From positions 1,600,001-1,664,000 of the forward strand of contig OZ243961.1 of assembly GCA_965214605.1 (NCBI GenBank): DNA of 64,000 nucleotides, given 5' to 3'. The notes under the pieces are model-generated. The model saw nothing but the letters and a program-made list of their open reading frames with translations, did no database searches and had not been told where the DNA came from. Shown in pieces: positions 22,916 to 31,110 of the stretch (its first letter is position 1; each line of letters opens with the position of its first letter). The position numbers and the translations under genes are program-made. The DNA comes from an uncultured Candidatus Binatia bacterium. Lineage in GTDB: Bacteria > Desulfobacterota > Binatia > Bin18.

Positions 22916-24070
22916 CTAGCGGTCGACCTCCGGCGCGACCACATCAAAACTGGCAATCAGGGCAATCAGGTCGGCGATCATCAGGCCCTGGCTGACTTTA
23001 TCAACAATACTCATGGCAGAGAACGAGCCGGTTCGGATCTTGGTCCGGTACGGAAACTCAGTCCCGTCACTCACCACGTACCAGCCCATATCGCCCCGCG
23101 AGCCTTCAATCCGCACATAGACGTCGCCGGCCGGCGGCTTGAGCTTACGCGGGACTTTTGCCAACACCGGCCCATCGGGGATCATCGCCAGACACTGTCG
23201 TACAATTTTGCAGCATTCCTTGAGTTCTCGGATACGGGTCATATAGCGGTCAAAACAGTCGCCCAGTTGACCCATCTCCCCGGTGCCGACCGGAATATCA
23301 AAATCTAGCTCCGAATAGATCGAATACGGCTCATCACGACGCACGTCGTATTTGATCCCGCAGGCGCGCAGATTTGGTCCGACCAGATTATAGTTAATCG
23401 CGTCCTCTCTGCTCACCACCGCCACATTGGCTAAACGTTCCACATAAATCTTGTTGTACGAGATGAGGTCGTTATACTCGTCAACCAATGGCTCAAACTG
23501 ATCCACAAAGGCGAGGACGTTGTCAGCATAATTCGGCGGCAAATCCCAGGCCACACCACCGACTCGCATATAGTTGAAGGTGAGTCGCGCCCCACATAAC
23601 TCTTCTAGCAGATTGTTAATTTTCTCCCGCTCACGGATGGCGTGCAGAAAAGGCGTATAGCCACCGATATCCATGACCATCGTCCCGACCGAGAGCAAAT
23701 GGCTCGCCATCCGGCCCAGCTCACAAGCAATCACCCGACAGAACTCACCCCGTCTGGGCACCTCAATACCGGCCAGCCGTTCGCACGCCATACCCCAGCC
23801 CTGGTTACACTGCATGGCCGACACATAATCGACCCGATCAGTGTAGGGCATAAAACCGTGGTAGCCGACCTTTTCGGAAATTTTTTCAATGGAGCGATGG
23901 AGATAGCCGATGTCAGGAATAGCGGTGCGCATGACCTCGCCGTCCGCCTTTACCACAAAGCGCAGCACGCCGTGCGTGCTCGGGTGCTGAGGGCCCATAT
24001 TCAGGGTCATTTCTTCGGTGGCCAGTCCCTCTCCACGTTGGACCTCAACCTCATAACCTGCCAGACTCAT
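22916..24070 (-). CDS. nuoD: NADH-quinone oxidoreductase subunit D
   Basis: [21 protein letters not shown]-terminal EVDR; no NiFe-binding CxxC. Confidence 0.95.
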   Translation of the reverse strand: MSLAGYEVEVQRGEGLATEEMTLNMGPQHPSTHGVLRFVVKADGEVMRTAIPDIGYLHRSIEKISEKVGYHGFMPYTDRVDYVSAMQCNQGWGMACERLAGIEVPRRGEFCRVIACELGRMASHLLSVGTMVMDIGGYTPFLHAIREREKINNLLEELCGARLTFNYMRVGGVAWDLPPNYADNVLAFVDQFEPLVDEYNDLISYNKIYVERLANVAVVSREDAINYNLVGPNLRACGIKYDVRRDEPYSIYSELDFDIPVGTGEMGQLGDCFDRYMTRIRELKECCKIVRQCLAMIPDGPVLAKVPRKLKPPAGDVYVRIEGSRGDMGWYVVSDGTEFPYRTKIRTGSFSAMSIVDKVSQGLMIADLIALIASFDVVAPEVDR

Positions 24071-24129
24071 ACCATTCTCCTGTGGTCAGCGGTTTTGACG
24101 AACAATGCTCAGATTCGAGCCAAACCGTG

Positions 24130-24636
24130 TCACTTGAGCAGACTCTCGCGCCGGGTGCTAATGCCGTGGTACTCTTCGGGCTCCACAAAATCTTTGCGTA
24201 GCGGATGCCCAACCCAGTCTTCCGGCATGAGCAGACGGCGCAGATCTGAATGGCCGGTGAAATTGACCCCAAGCAAGTCGTAAATTTCACGCTCTAGCCA
24301 GTTTGCCGCCTTCCACACGTCTTCAACCGAAGGCATCTCGGGCGCATCCCGCGGGACATCGACTTTTAGCACGATCTGATGCCGGTGGGGGTATGAGTAC
24401 AGGTGCAGCACTACCTGGATTTTCGCGTCTTTGATGAGATCGACGCCTGACATGTTTGACAAACAGTCAAAGGCCAAATCAGCCTCCTGTTTGAGAAAAC
24501 GGCAGATGTCGGCCGTCAGCTTGGGCTGAATACTACAGTACGGATTCAGCGCTTCCTCGTCACGGGAGACAAGAGCCTCGGCACCAAAACGCTCGGTGAT
24601 TTTATGGAAAATATCGGTTGGGGACATAGAAATCAC
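24130..24636 (-). CDS. nuoC: NADH-quinone oxidoreductase subunit C
   Basis: ANWLEREIYDLLGV.F.GH.DLRR, GHPLRKDF. Confidence 0.95.
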   Translation of the reverse strand: MISMSPTDIFHKITERFGAEALVSRDEEALNPYCSIQPKLTADICRFLKQEADLAFDCLSNMSGVDLIKDAKIQVVLHLYSYPHRHQIVLKVDVPRDAPEMPSVEDVWKAANWLEREIYDLLGVNFTGHSDLRRLLMPEDWVGHPLRKDFVEPEEYHGISTRRESLLK

Positions 24637-24669
24637 ACAGACAGGAGGTCAGCTGTGGGCCACATGGGA

Positions 24670-25173
24670 TTATGCTGCTTGGATTTGGGCCGGCGCTTTT
24701 TTCACCAACCAGCGTTCTTGCATCATCTTTTCCTGGAGTTTGAGCAAACCTTCGGTCAAAGCCTCGGGTCTGGGTGGACAGCCAGGTACGTACACATCAA
24801 CCGGAATCACTTTATCCACCCCGTCACATACCGAGTAGGCGAGCTGAAACAGACCTCCACAGTTCGAACAGCTGCCCATCGAAATCACATATTTTGGATC
24901 GGGCATCTGGTCGTACAGCACCTTGGTGCGGAGCGCCATTTTGAGGGTCAGTGTTCCAGCAATAATCATCATGTCGGACTGTCTCGGTGTCGCCCGAGGC
25001 GCCGCTCCAAACCGCTCTAAATCGGCCCGTGGTCCACCGGTTTGCATCATCTCGATGGCACAACACGCCAGACCAAACAGCATATACCACACCGAAGATT
25101 TCCGAGTCCAATTCAGAACCTCGTCAACCTTTGTGGTAATCACCATCTCCGGTACACTATTGACAAGCGACAT
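24670..25173 (-). CDS. nuoB: NADH-quinone oxidoreductase subunit B
   Basis: [28 protein letters not shown]. Confidence 0.95.
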   Translation of the reverse strand: MSLVNSVPEMVITTKVDEVLNWTRKSSVWYMLFGLACCAIEMMQTGGPRADLERFGAAPRATPRQSDMMIIAGTLTLKMALRTKVLYDQMPDPKYVISMGSCSNCGGLFQLAYSVCDGVDKVIPVDVYVPGCPPRPEALTEGLLKLQEKMMQERWLVKKAPAQIQAA

Positions 25174-25207
25174 GAATCCTCCTCAATACGCTCTCGAGCG
25201 CAGTCTC

Positions 25208-25633
25208 TTAGGCAGCTCTGGGGAGCGCCGGTTCCTCTTCTGTCTGCTGGACCTGGAGGCGCTTAATCCATTCCAGATCCCGCTTCTTCCAGACATACAC
25301 CAGCCCGACACCAAGAATCCCGAGAAAGAGAAAAATCTCCGTCATGGCAAACAACCCGTTGCCAGCCAGCACAAAATCCCGAAATGCCACCGCAACCGGA
25401 TAGATAAAGGCGACCTCAATATCAAAAATCACAAAAACAAGAGCGATAAGATAAAACCGGATATTGAAGTTAATCCACGCACTGCCGGTCGGCAGCTCGC
25501 CGCACTCGTAGGTGGTTAGCTTTTTGGCCTCAGGGTTATGGGGGCGCAAAAAGCTGCCTAGGATAAGATGAAAGGCACCCAGACCGAGCCCGATGAGGGT
25601 GAATACTAAGACATTGCCGAAATTAAAATACAC
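25208..25633 (-). CDS. nuoA: NADH-quinone oxidoreductase subunit A
   Basis: YECG, FYLIALVFVIFDIE; GTG start at 25633 after an AGGAG RBS. Confidence 0.94.
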   Translation of the reverse strand: MYFNFGNVLVFTLIGLGLGAFHLILGSFLRPHNPEAKKLTTYECGELPTGSAWINFNIRFYLIALVFVIFDIEVAFIYPVAVAFRDFVLAGNGLFAMTEIFLFLGILGVGLVYVWKKRDLEWIKRLQVQQTEEEPALPRAA

Positions 25634-25637
25634 CGCT

Positions 25638-26222
25638 TTACTCCTGACCGACATTCACGCCGTTTTCCTGCATCTCCCCACCCTGGCCGTTGGAGCAGGT
25701 GGGAGCGGTGCCAAACGGCGCGGCTTCTCTATATCCTCCCTGTCCACGATGGGCAAGCTCTTCCCGGAGGCCGGCCCTATCAGCAATCTGCCCGAGCGAG
25801 ACACTCGCTAGGTATTCGGCAAGCCGCCGCTGGGCTTCGCCCCAGACAGAGATCTGGTGACACACCTCGCAGTACCGACATACCTGTTTACCCTCTTCGA
25901 GGCATTCCATCAGCAGGAGAGGGCCTTCAAGGCATTCATAGACCTCCTTGAGGTTGATGCACGCAGCCGGTTTCTTGAGGCTGAAACCGCCTCGGGCTCC
26001 CATATACGACTCCACCAGATTGCCTCCGGCGAGTTGCTTCATAATTTTCGACAGAAAATGGGAGGGAATATCCTGTTTGATCTGGATTTCGCGCCGAGAA
26101 ATGACTGTTCCATACGGCTGAGCAGCGAGGTAGGACAGGGCTCGTACGGCATAATCGACCCGTTTGCCGATGTTCATCAGCGAGCTGCGCTCCACCGATT
26201 TCGGCTTGCCTGTCTTGCTCAT
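25638..26222 (-). CDS. Rrf2-family transcriptional regulator with Cys cluster (probable Fe-S sensor)
   Basis: DYAVRAL, winged HTH with GARGGFSL, C-terminal C-x7-C-x2-C-x2-C. Confidence 0.9.
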   Translation of the reverse strand: MSKTGKPKSVERSSLMNIGKRVDYAVRALSYLAAQPYGTVISRREIQIKQDIPSHFLSKIMKQLAGGNLVESYMGARGGFSLKKPAACINLKEVYECLEGPLLLMECLEEGKQVCRYCEVCHQISVWGEAQRRLAEYLASVSLGQIADRAGLREELAHRGQGGYREAAPFGTAPTCSNGQGGEMQENGVNVGQE

Positions 26223-26233
26223 ACCTCTTGCCT

Positions 26234-26764
26234 TTAGGCAGCCATCCCTCGAAGCTTTTGCTTCTGTGAATGAATCTTTCTCTGGAGGGCCATCAAGGCA
26301 TCCAGGACATTTTCTGGACGGGGCGGACAGCCCGGCACATAGACGTCGACCGGAACGATGCGGTCAATACCAGCCACGGTGGTGTAATTGTCATAAAATC
26401 CACCGGTCGAGGCACACGCCCCAAAGGCCATCACCCATTTGGGCTCGGTCATTTGTTCGTATACCCGCTTTAGAATAGGCGCCTGACGACACGTCACCGT
26501 CCCTATCACCATGAGCAGATCGGCTTGACGCGGACTAAAACGCGGCAGTAGGGCCCCGAAGCGATCAATGTCGTAGGGTGTCATCGACAGGGCCATATAT
26601 TCCATGGCACAGCACGCCGTGGCAAACGGATACGGAAAGATAGAGTATTTCCGCGCCCAGCCGATGGCCTTGTCAATTTGGGTGAGGACAACCGCGTCGC
26701 CAAGGAGGGCTTCATCCCCGCCTTGCAGACGCGGGGTCGTGGTCAAGGTCTGGTTATGTTCCAT
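26234..26764 (-). CDS. nuoB: Second, divergent NuoB paralogue
   Basis: [33 protein letters not shown]. Confidence 0.9.
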   Translation of the reverse strand: MEHNQTLTTTPRLQGGDEALLGDAVVLTQIDKAIGWARKYSIFPYPFATACCAMEYMALSMTPYDIDRFGALLPRFSPRQADLLMVIGTVTCRQAPILKRVYEQMTEPKWVMAFGACASTGGFYDNYTTVAGIDRIVPVDVYVPGCPPRPENVLDALMALQRKIHSQKQKLRGMAA

Positions 26765-26799
26765 TGTCTGACCTCGTGGTCCAGCGTGGACGCTGGCAG

Positions 26800-27204
26800 C
26801 TACGCAGCCTCATCGCCCGACTTGTCGTCCTTCTCACGCCAGTCTGCCACAGCTGATTTAATCGCGTCCTCGGCCAAGACCGAGCAGTGAATCTTGACTG
26901 GCGGCAGGGATAATTCCTTCACAATCTCGGTATTTTTGATCTTGTAGGCTTCTTCGACCGTCTTTCCTTTGACCAGCTCGGTCACATAGCTGGAAGAGGC
27001 AATCGCCGAGCCGCAGCCGAAGGTTTTGAAGCGGGCATCCTCAATGACCTCGGTGTTAGGGTTGATTTTGAGCTGCAGCTTCATCACATCCCCACACTCA
27101 GGGGCACCAACAACACCGGTGCCAACATTATCTTCGTCTTTGGTAAAACTGCCAACGTTCTTGGGATTTTCGTAGTGCTCAAGTACCTTATCTGTGTAGG
27201 CCAT
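26800..27204 (-). CDS. iscU: Fe-S cluster scaffold IscU
   Basis: MAYTDKVLEHYENPKNVG, GAPECGD, KTFGCGSA, LPPVKIHC. Confidence 0.96.
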   Translation of the reverse strand: MAYTDKVLEHYENPKNVGSFTKDEDNVGTGVVGAPECGDVMKLQLKINPNTEVIEDARFKTFGCGSAIASSSYVTELVKGKTVEEAYKIKNTEIVKELSLPPVKIHCSVLAEDAIKSAVADWREKDDKSGDEAA

Positions 27205-27268
27205 AAGCTGCTCCTTTCGGGACACGCCCCTCGTCATAAGACTCAGAATATGTCAATTCGTGTCGCTA

Positions 27269-27298
27269 AATATAGACTGTTAGAGTCTAAGTTGTCAA
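27269..27298 (-). promoter_or_regulatory. Promoter with overlapping palindromic operator upstream of iscU
   Basis: Minus strand TTGACA-ACTTAGACTCTAACAGTC-TATATT; palindrome TAGACT-N5-AGTCTA. Confidence 0.75.
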
Positions 27299-27318
27299 CG
27301 TGGCCAAGGTCAGACTTC

Positions 27319-28038
27319 TTACCACTTCTCATATTTTACCGCGCGGCGCTCATAGCCGGCGGTCCGCAAGAGGTCACGGAGCTGTAAGATCCGATTGCCA
27401 ATCCCGCAAATATAAAAATGGCGAGACCAGTCAGTGTTGCGTTTGACATAGCACGCTTCGACATGAGTGAGAAGATCGCCCCGTAGTCCGTCCCAGTGCA
27501 GAGAGGGGTGACGCAAAAGAGGATGGAAGGTCAACACGGCGTGCGAGCGGGCCCACCCTTCCAACTGTTCCCGATACAGCAGATCTTGTTCGTGGGCCGT
27601 TCCATAGACCAGGACAAGGGGCCGCTGCGGACCACTATCAAGGGCCCGCCGAAGCATGGGCCGAATAGCCGCAATCCCAGTCCCCTCGGCAATAAAGACG
27701 CACTCAGCCAGCGGGGCTTTGTCAAGCACAAAAGCACCCCAGGGACCGGAAAAAGACAGCGTATCGCCGAGTCTTCGGGTGAATAAATAATGCGAACCCG
27801 GTCCACCGGGTACACAGTTCAAACAGATTTCCAGCAGCTCTTCATCTTCGGGATTCGAAGCAATCGTATACGCCCGAGTCAAAGGTTTCCCTCTTCCCGG
27901 TAACTGAAAGGACAAGAACTGGCCCGGTCTGAAGCTCAGACGTTGGTCGGCGTGGAGGCGCAGAAAAAACGAACGGGTATCGGGCGCATGCTCAACAATG
28001 CGCTCAATGACAGCCTGGTAGGGTGGAGCCTGTTGCAT
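27319..28038 (-). CDS. FNR-like FAD/NAD(P)-binding oxidoreductase
   Basis: FRPGQF, RAYTIAS, EGTGIA, FYICG, C-terminal aromatic residue (YEKW). Confidence 0.88.
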   Translation of the reverse strand: MQQAPPYQAVIERIVEHAPDTRSFFLRLHADQRLSFRPGQFLSFQLPGRGKPLTRAYTIASNPEDEELLEICLNCVPGGPGSHYLFTRRLGDTLSFSGPWGAFVLDKAPLAECVFIAEGTGIAAIRPMLRRALDSGPQRPLVLVYGTAHEQDLLYREQLEGWARSHAVLTFHPLLRHPSLHWDGLRGDLLTHVEACYVKRNTDWSRHFYICGIGNRILQLRDLLRTAGYERRAVKYEKW

Positions 28039-28059
28039 GGAGGAGGAGAAGCTGGACTC

Positions 28060-28413
28060 TTACACCTGTTGGTTAATCGTATACTTGGGGACGAGGATGG
28101 TGATATGCCCAGCCTCAATGACAGCCTGACAGCCAAGCCGAGAGCTGGGCGTCAAACCCGGCGCTTTATCCAGCATATCCTCCTCAGATTCTTCGCTCTC
28201 CGAGAGATATTCTTCACCAGCCTTGATAATCACATGACAGGTCGTACACGCGCAGTGACCGCCACAAGCGTGTTCAAGCGTGAGCTGATGGCCGAGGAGT
28301 ACATCCAGAATCGACCCCGGTTGTCCGTCGTCTTGAAAAGGCGCATCGGCCGGATCGAATTCGATGAGCCGTTCCGGATCACCTGTCTCGAAGAGCACCC
28401 GTAGCGTAGCCAT
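28060..28413 (-). CDS. fdx: [2Fe-2S] ferredoxin, ISC/adrenodoxin type
   Basis: EHACGGHCACTTCHV, EEDMLDKA, SRLGCQ. Confidence 0.92.
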   Translation of the reverse strand: MATLRVLFETGDPERLIEFDPADAPFQDDGQPGSILDVLLGHQLTLEHACGGHCACTTCHVIIKAGEEYLSESEESEEDMLDKAPGLTPSSRLGCQAVIEAGHITILVPKYTINQQV

Positions 28414-28420
28414 CGGGGTA

Positions 28421-29470
28421 TCACAACTGCTGCAGCACCTGCTCAGCAATACTCACAAACCCCCGACTCTGGGGGTGATCAGGCTGAGAGACGACGAGGG
28501 GCGTGCCGCTATCCCCGCCGGAGACAATATCGCGTAGCAGCGGAATTTCGCCCAGCAGGGGCACCTGAAACTGCTCGGCCACCTGCCTGCCACCCCCCTG
28601 ACTAAAAACGTGGGCATGGTGCCCACACGAACTGCACACCAGATAGCTCATGTTTTCAACCACCCCTAGCACGGGCACCTTGACCTCTTCGAACATTTGC
28701 ACGCCACGACGGACGTCCATCAGGGCCACGTCTTGAGGGGTGGTGACGATCACACCGCCCGAAAGCGGAGCTTTTTGCACAATACTCAGCTGAGCATCGC
28801 CCGTACCAGGCGGCAGATCTATGACCAAAACGTCCACCTCTCCCCACTCGACATTCCGCAGAAACTCGGTCAGCAGTTTATCGACCATCGGCCCGCGCCA
28901 CACCGCCGCCTGCTCATCGGCCAGCAGGAAGCCCATGGACATCACTTTGATACCATACTTTGTGAGGGGAATAATCTTTTTTTCTGGGGTGCTTGTAGGC
29001 CGCTCCTTTAGGCCTAGCATCAGGGGCACACTAGGACCGTACACATCAGCATCCAAAATACCGATGCGTTTGTTGATCGAAGCCATCGCTGCCGCCAGAT
29101 TCACCGATACGGTGGATTTTCCGACTCCCCCCTTCCCGCTCGCCACCGCAATAATGTGCTCAATGCCCGGAAGACGAGGGGTGGACGGGTGACCCTGAGG
29201 TTGAGTCCGAGGCACCGGTCGCTCGTCGCCACCAGGCTGCAGGATCTCGACCTCGATCGGCAACGCAATCTGGGACGCCAGCGTGGCCTTCACGTCGCGC
29301 CGGATCTGCTCAATAACGTCTTTATTTCCAGTCGAGGGCGCAACCTGGACCACAACCCGTGACACTCCAACCGCAATGTCCTTGACCATCCCAAAGGAAA
29401 CAATATCGCGGCTAAATCCGGGATATTTAACATTTTTGAGGAACTCCATCAGTTCTTGCGGGCTTGGCAT
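28421..29470 (-). CDS. Mrp/ApbC/NBP35-family Fe-S carrier ATPase, copy 2
   Basis: N-terminal DUF59-like domain, SGKGGVGKST, DLPPGTGD, ENMS..CSSC. Confidence 0.93.
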   Translation of the reverse strand: MPSPQELMEFLKNVKYPGFSRDIVSFGMVKDIAVGVSRVVVQVAPSTGNKDVIEQIRRDVKATLASQIALPIEVEILQPGGDERPVPRTQPQGHPSTPRLPGIEHIIAVASGKGGVGKSTVSVNLAAAMASINKRIGILDADVYGPSVPLMLGLKERPTSTPEKKIIPLTKYGIKVMSMGFLLADEQAAVWRGPMVDKLLTEFLRNVEWGEVDVLVIDLPPGTGDAQLSIVQKAPLSGGVIVTTPQDVALMDVRRGVQMFEEVKVPVLGVVENMSYLVCSSCGHHAHVFSQGGGRQVAEQFQVPLLGEIPLLRDIVSGGDSGTPLVVSQPDHPQSRGFVSIAEQVLQQL

Positions 29471-29479
29471 ACGTCTCTC

Positions 29480-29794
29480 TTATTCTTGTCGGGACTCTTT
29501 TGGCCGGCTTTCCGCGTCTTTCCCCAGTTCTCTCAGGTAGTCAAAAGTATAGATACCATTCTCGCAGTCTTTCCAGACGATATTCAGGGCGTAGTTACCA
29601 ACCGGGCGGATATCCACCAGCTGCGGGTCGTCGACAGTGACAAAATGACGCTCCCCGCTATGGCCTTGGCACATCGCACACGGGCACCAGCCGCGCAGAT
29701 AGGCGAACGAAAACCGGCTCAGCTCGTCATCATCCCACAGGATACGCAGCTGCTTTTCTTCGTCGATGGGGGTCACCAATGTTGGTTTGGGCAT
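29480..29794 (-). CDS. DUF971 / GBBH-N-like small Cys protein
   Basis: LRGWCPCAMC, PVGNYAL, GIYTFDYL. Confidence 0.85.
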   Translation of the reverse strand: MPKPTLVTPIDEEKQLRILWDDDELSRFSFAYLRGWCPCAMCQGHSGERHFVTVDDPQLVDIRPVGNYALNIVWKDCENGIYTFDYLRELGKDAESRPKESRQE

Positions 29795-29826
29795 ATCCGT
29801 TCGCCTTACATGTATAGCGCAGAGAG

Positions 29827-30906
29827 TTAGTGTACGGACTGACCCCGGCGTTGAACATTGAGTTCATCGGCTTCCATAACACGCTGGGCAATCGCCCTGA
29901 ACTCCTGCGAAACAGGATGGTCAGGATTGGCAAGAATCAGCGGATTGCCACGATCACCGCCGAGCCGCAAATCTTCAACCAGTGGGACCTCGCCCAATAC
30001 AGGCAGGCCGATCTTTTTCGCCCCGCCCCGGCCAAAAACCTCTTCCTGATAATTGCACTCAGGACAGATAAACAGACTCATGTTCTCAATGACGCCCAGA
30101 ATGGGAACCTGCACCTGCCTGAACATGGTAATACCACGCCGCACATCGAGCAGCGCAACATCTTGCGGGGTGGTGACCACTACCCCGCCGTTGAGCGGAA
30201 CTTCTTGGGCCAGCGTCAGAGCAATATCACCCGTGCCCGGTGGCAGATCGACAATCAAATATTCCAACTCACCCCAAATCACGTCACGCAAAAACTGACG
30301 GATAATACCCATCACGATCGGCCCTCGCCAAATGACCGGGGACTTGTTATCCACAAAAAACCCCATGGAAATGAGGCGTATTCCATGTTGTTCAACCGGA
30401 TAGATCTTCTTGTTGTGCCCTGCCCGAGGCGTCGCCTGGGTCCCCATCATGAGGGGGACACTCGGCCCATACACATCCGCATCAAGCAGTCCGACAGTCT
30501 TGCCTAAAGCCCCCAGCGCCAAGCTCAGGTTCACCGCCACCGTGGACTTGCCAACCCCGCCCTTGCCGCTGGCAACCGCAATAATACGCTGTACGCCAGC
30601 CACCACCGTGGGCTCTTTCATTTGGGGTCTCGCCTGCGCTCCGTGCTGCGCGTGCGGCTGGGCTTGCCCGCCGGGGATATGGACGTGCACCTGTTTAACC
30701 CCTGGGGTGGATGACAGCGCCGTCGTAATCCGGGCTCTCAGGTGCTGCAGTACCCGCTCCTGCGCGTTCGTTGTCCGTAGATGGACAACGACCGTACCGT
30801 CTCGAATGCCGATACTGCCAACTAGGCCGAGCGTCACGATGTCGTGTTTTGAACCGGGATACTCAATCTGTGTGAGCTGATCGCGAATTTCCTCTTCGCT
30901 TGGCAT
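29827..30906 (-). CDS. Mrp/ApbC/NBP35-family Fe-S carrier ATPase, copy 1
   Basis: N-terminal DUF59-like domain, SGKGGVGKST, DLPPGTGD, ENMS..CPEC. Confidence 0.93.
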   Translation of the reverse strand: MPSEEEIRDQLTQIEYPGSKHDIVTLGLVGSIGIRDGTVVVHLRTTNAQERVLQHLRARITTALSSTPGVKQVHVHIPGGQAQPHAQHGAQARPQMKEPTVVAGVQRIIAVASGKGGVGKSTVAVNLSLALGALGKTVGLLDADVYGPSVPLMMGTQATPRAGHNKKIYPVEQHGIRLISMGFFVDNKSPVIWRGPIVMGIIRQFLRDVIWGELEYLIVDLPPGTGDIALTLAQEVPLNGGVVVTTPQDVALLDVRRGITMFRQVQVPILGVIENMSLFICPECNYQEEVFGRGGAKKIGLPVLGEVPLVEDLRLGGDRGNPLILANPDHPVSQEFRAIAQRVMEADELNVQRRGQSVH

Positions 30907-31011
30907 ACGTCTTCCTTGAGAAACCGGGTCGTAGGCCCAGAGAAAGAGAGCTCGCCTCTCTTTTCTTTTTTCAGGTTTTCAGTATCTCGGAGAGCTTTTT
31001 CATGAGCTCAA

Positions 31012-31041
31012 AATATAGACCTTAAAGGTCCATATTGTCAA
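31012..31041 (-). promoter_or_regulatory. Promoter with overlapping palindromic operator upstream of the mrp cluster
   Basis: Minus strand TTGACA-ATATGGACCTTTAAGGTC-TATATT; palindrome GACC-N5-GGTC; same architecture as 27269-27298. Confidence 0.75.
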
Positions 31042-31110
31042 GCCCGGCCTCTTTTGGTCGGGACGTCCAGCTCTCCTGAGGAGCAAGAAATTTTTTCCTG
31101 CACGTGCCTT

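Noticed and set aside
22916-26764. Group 4 [NiFe]-hydrogenase reading of nuoD and the extra nuoB
   Set aside because: NuoD lacks both CxxC Ni-binding motifs and has the quinone-site HGVLR; no hyp maturation genes nearby
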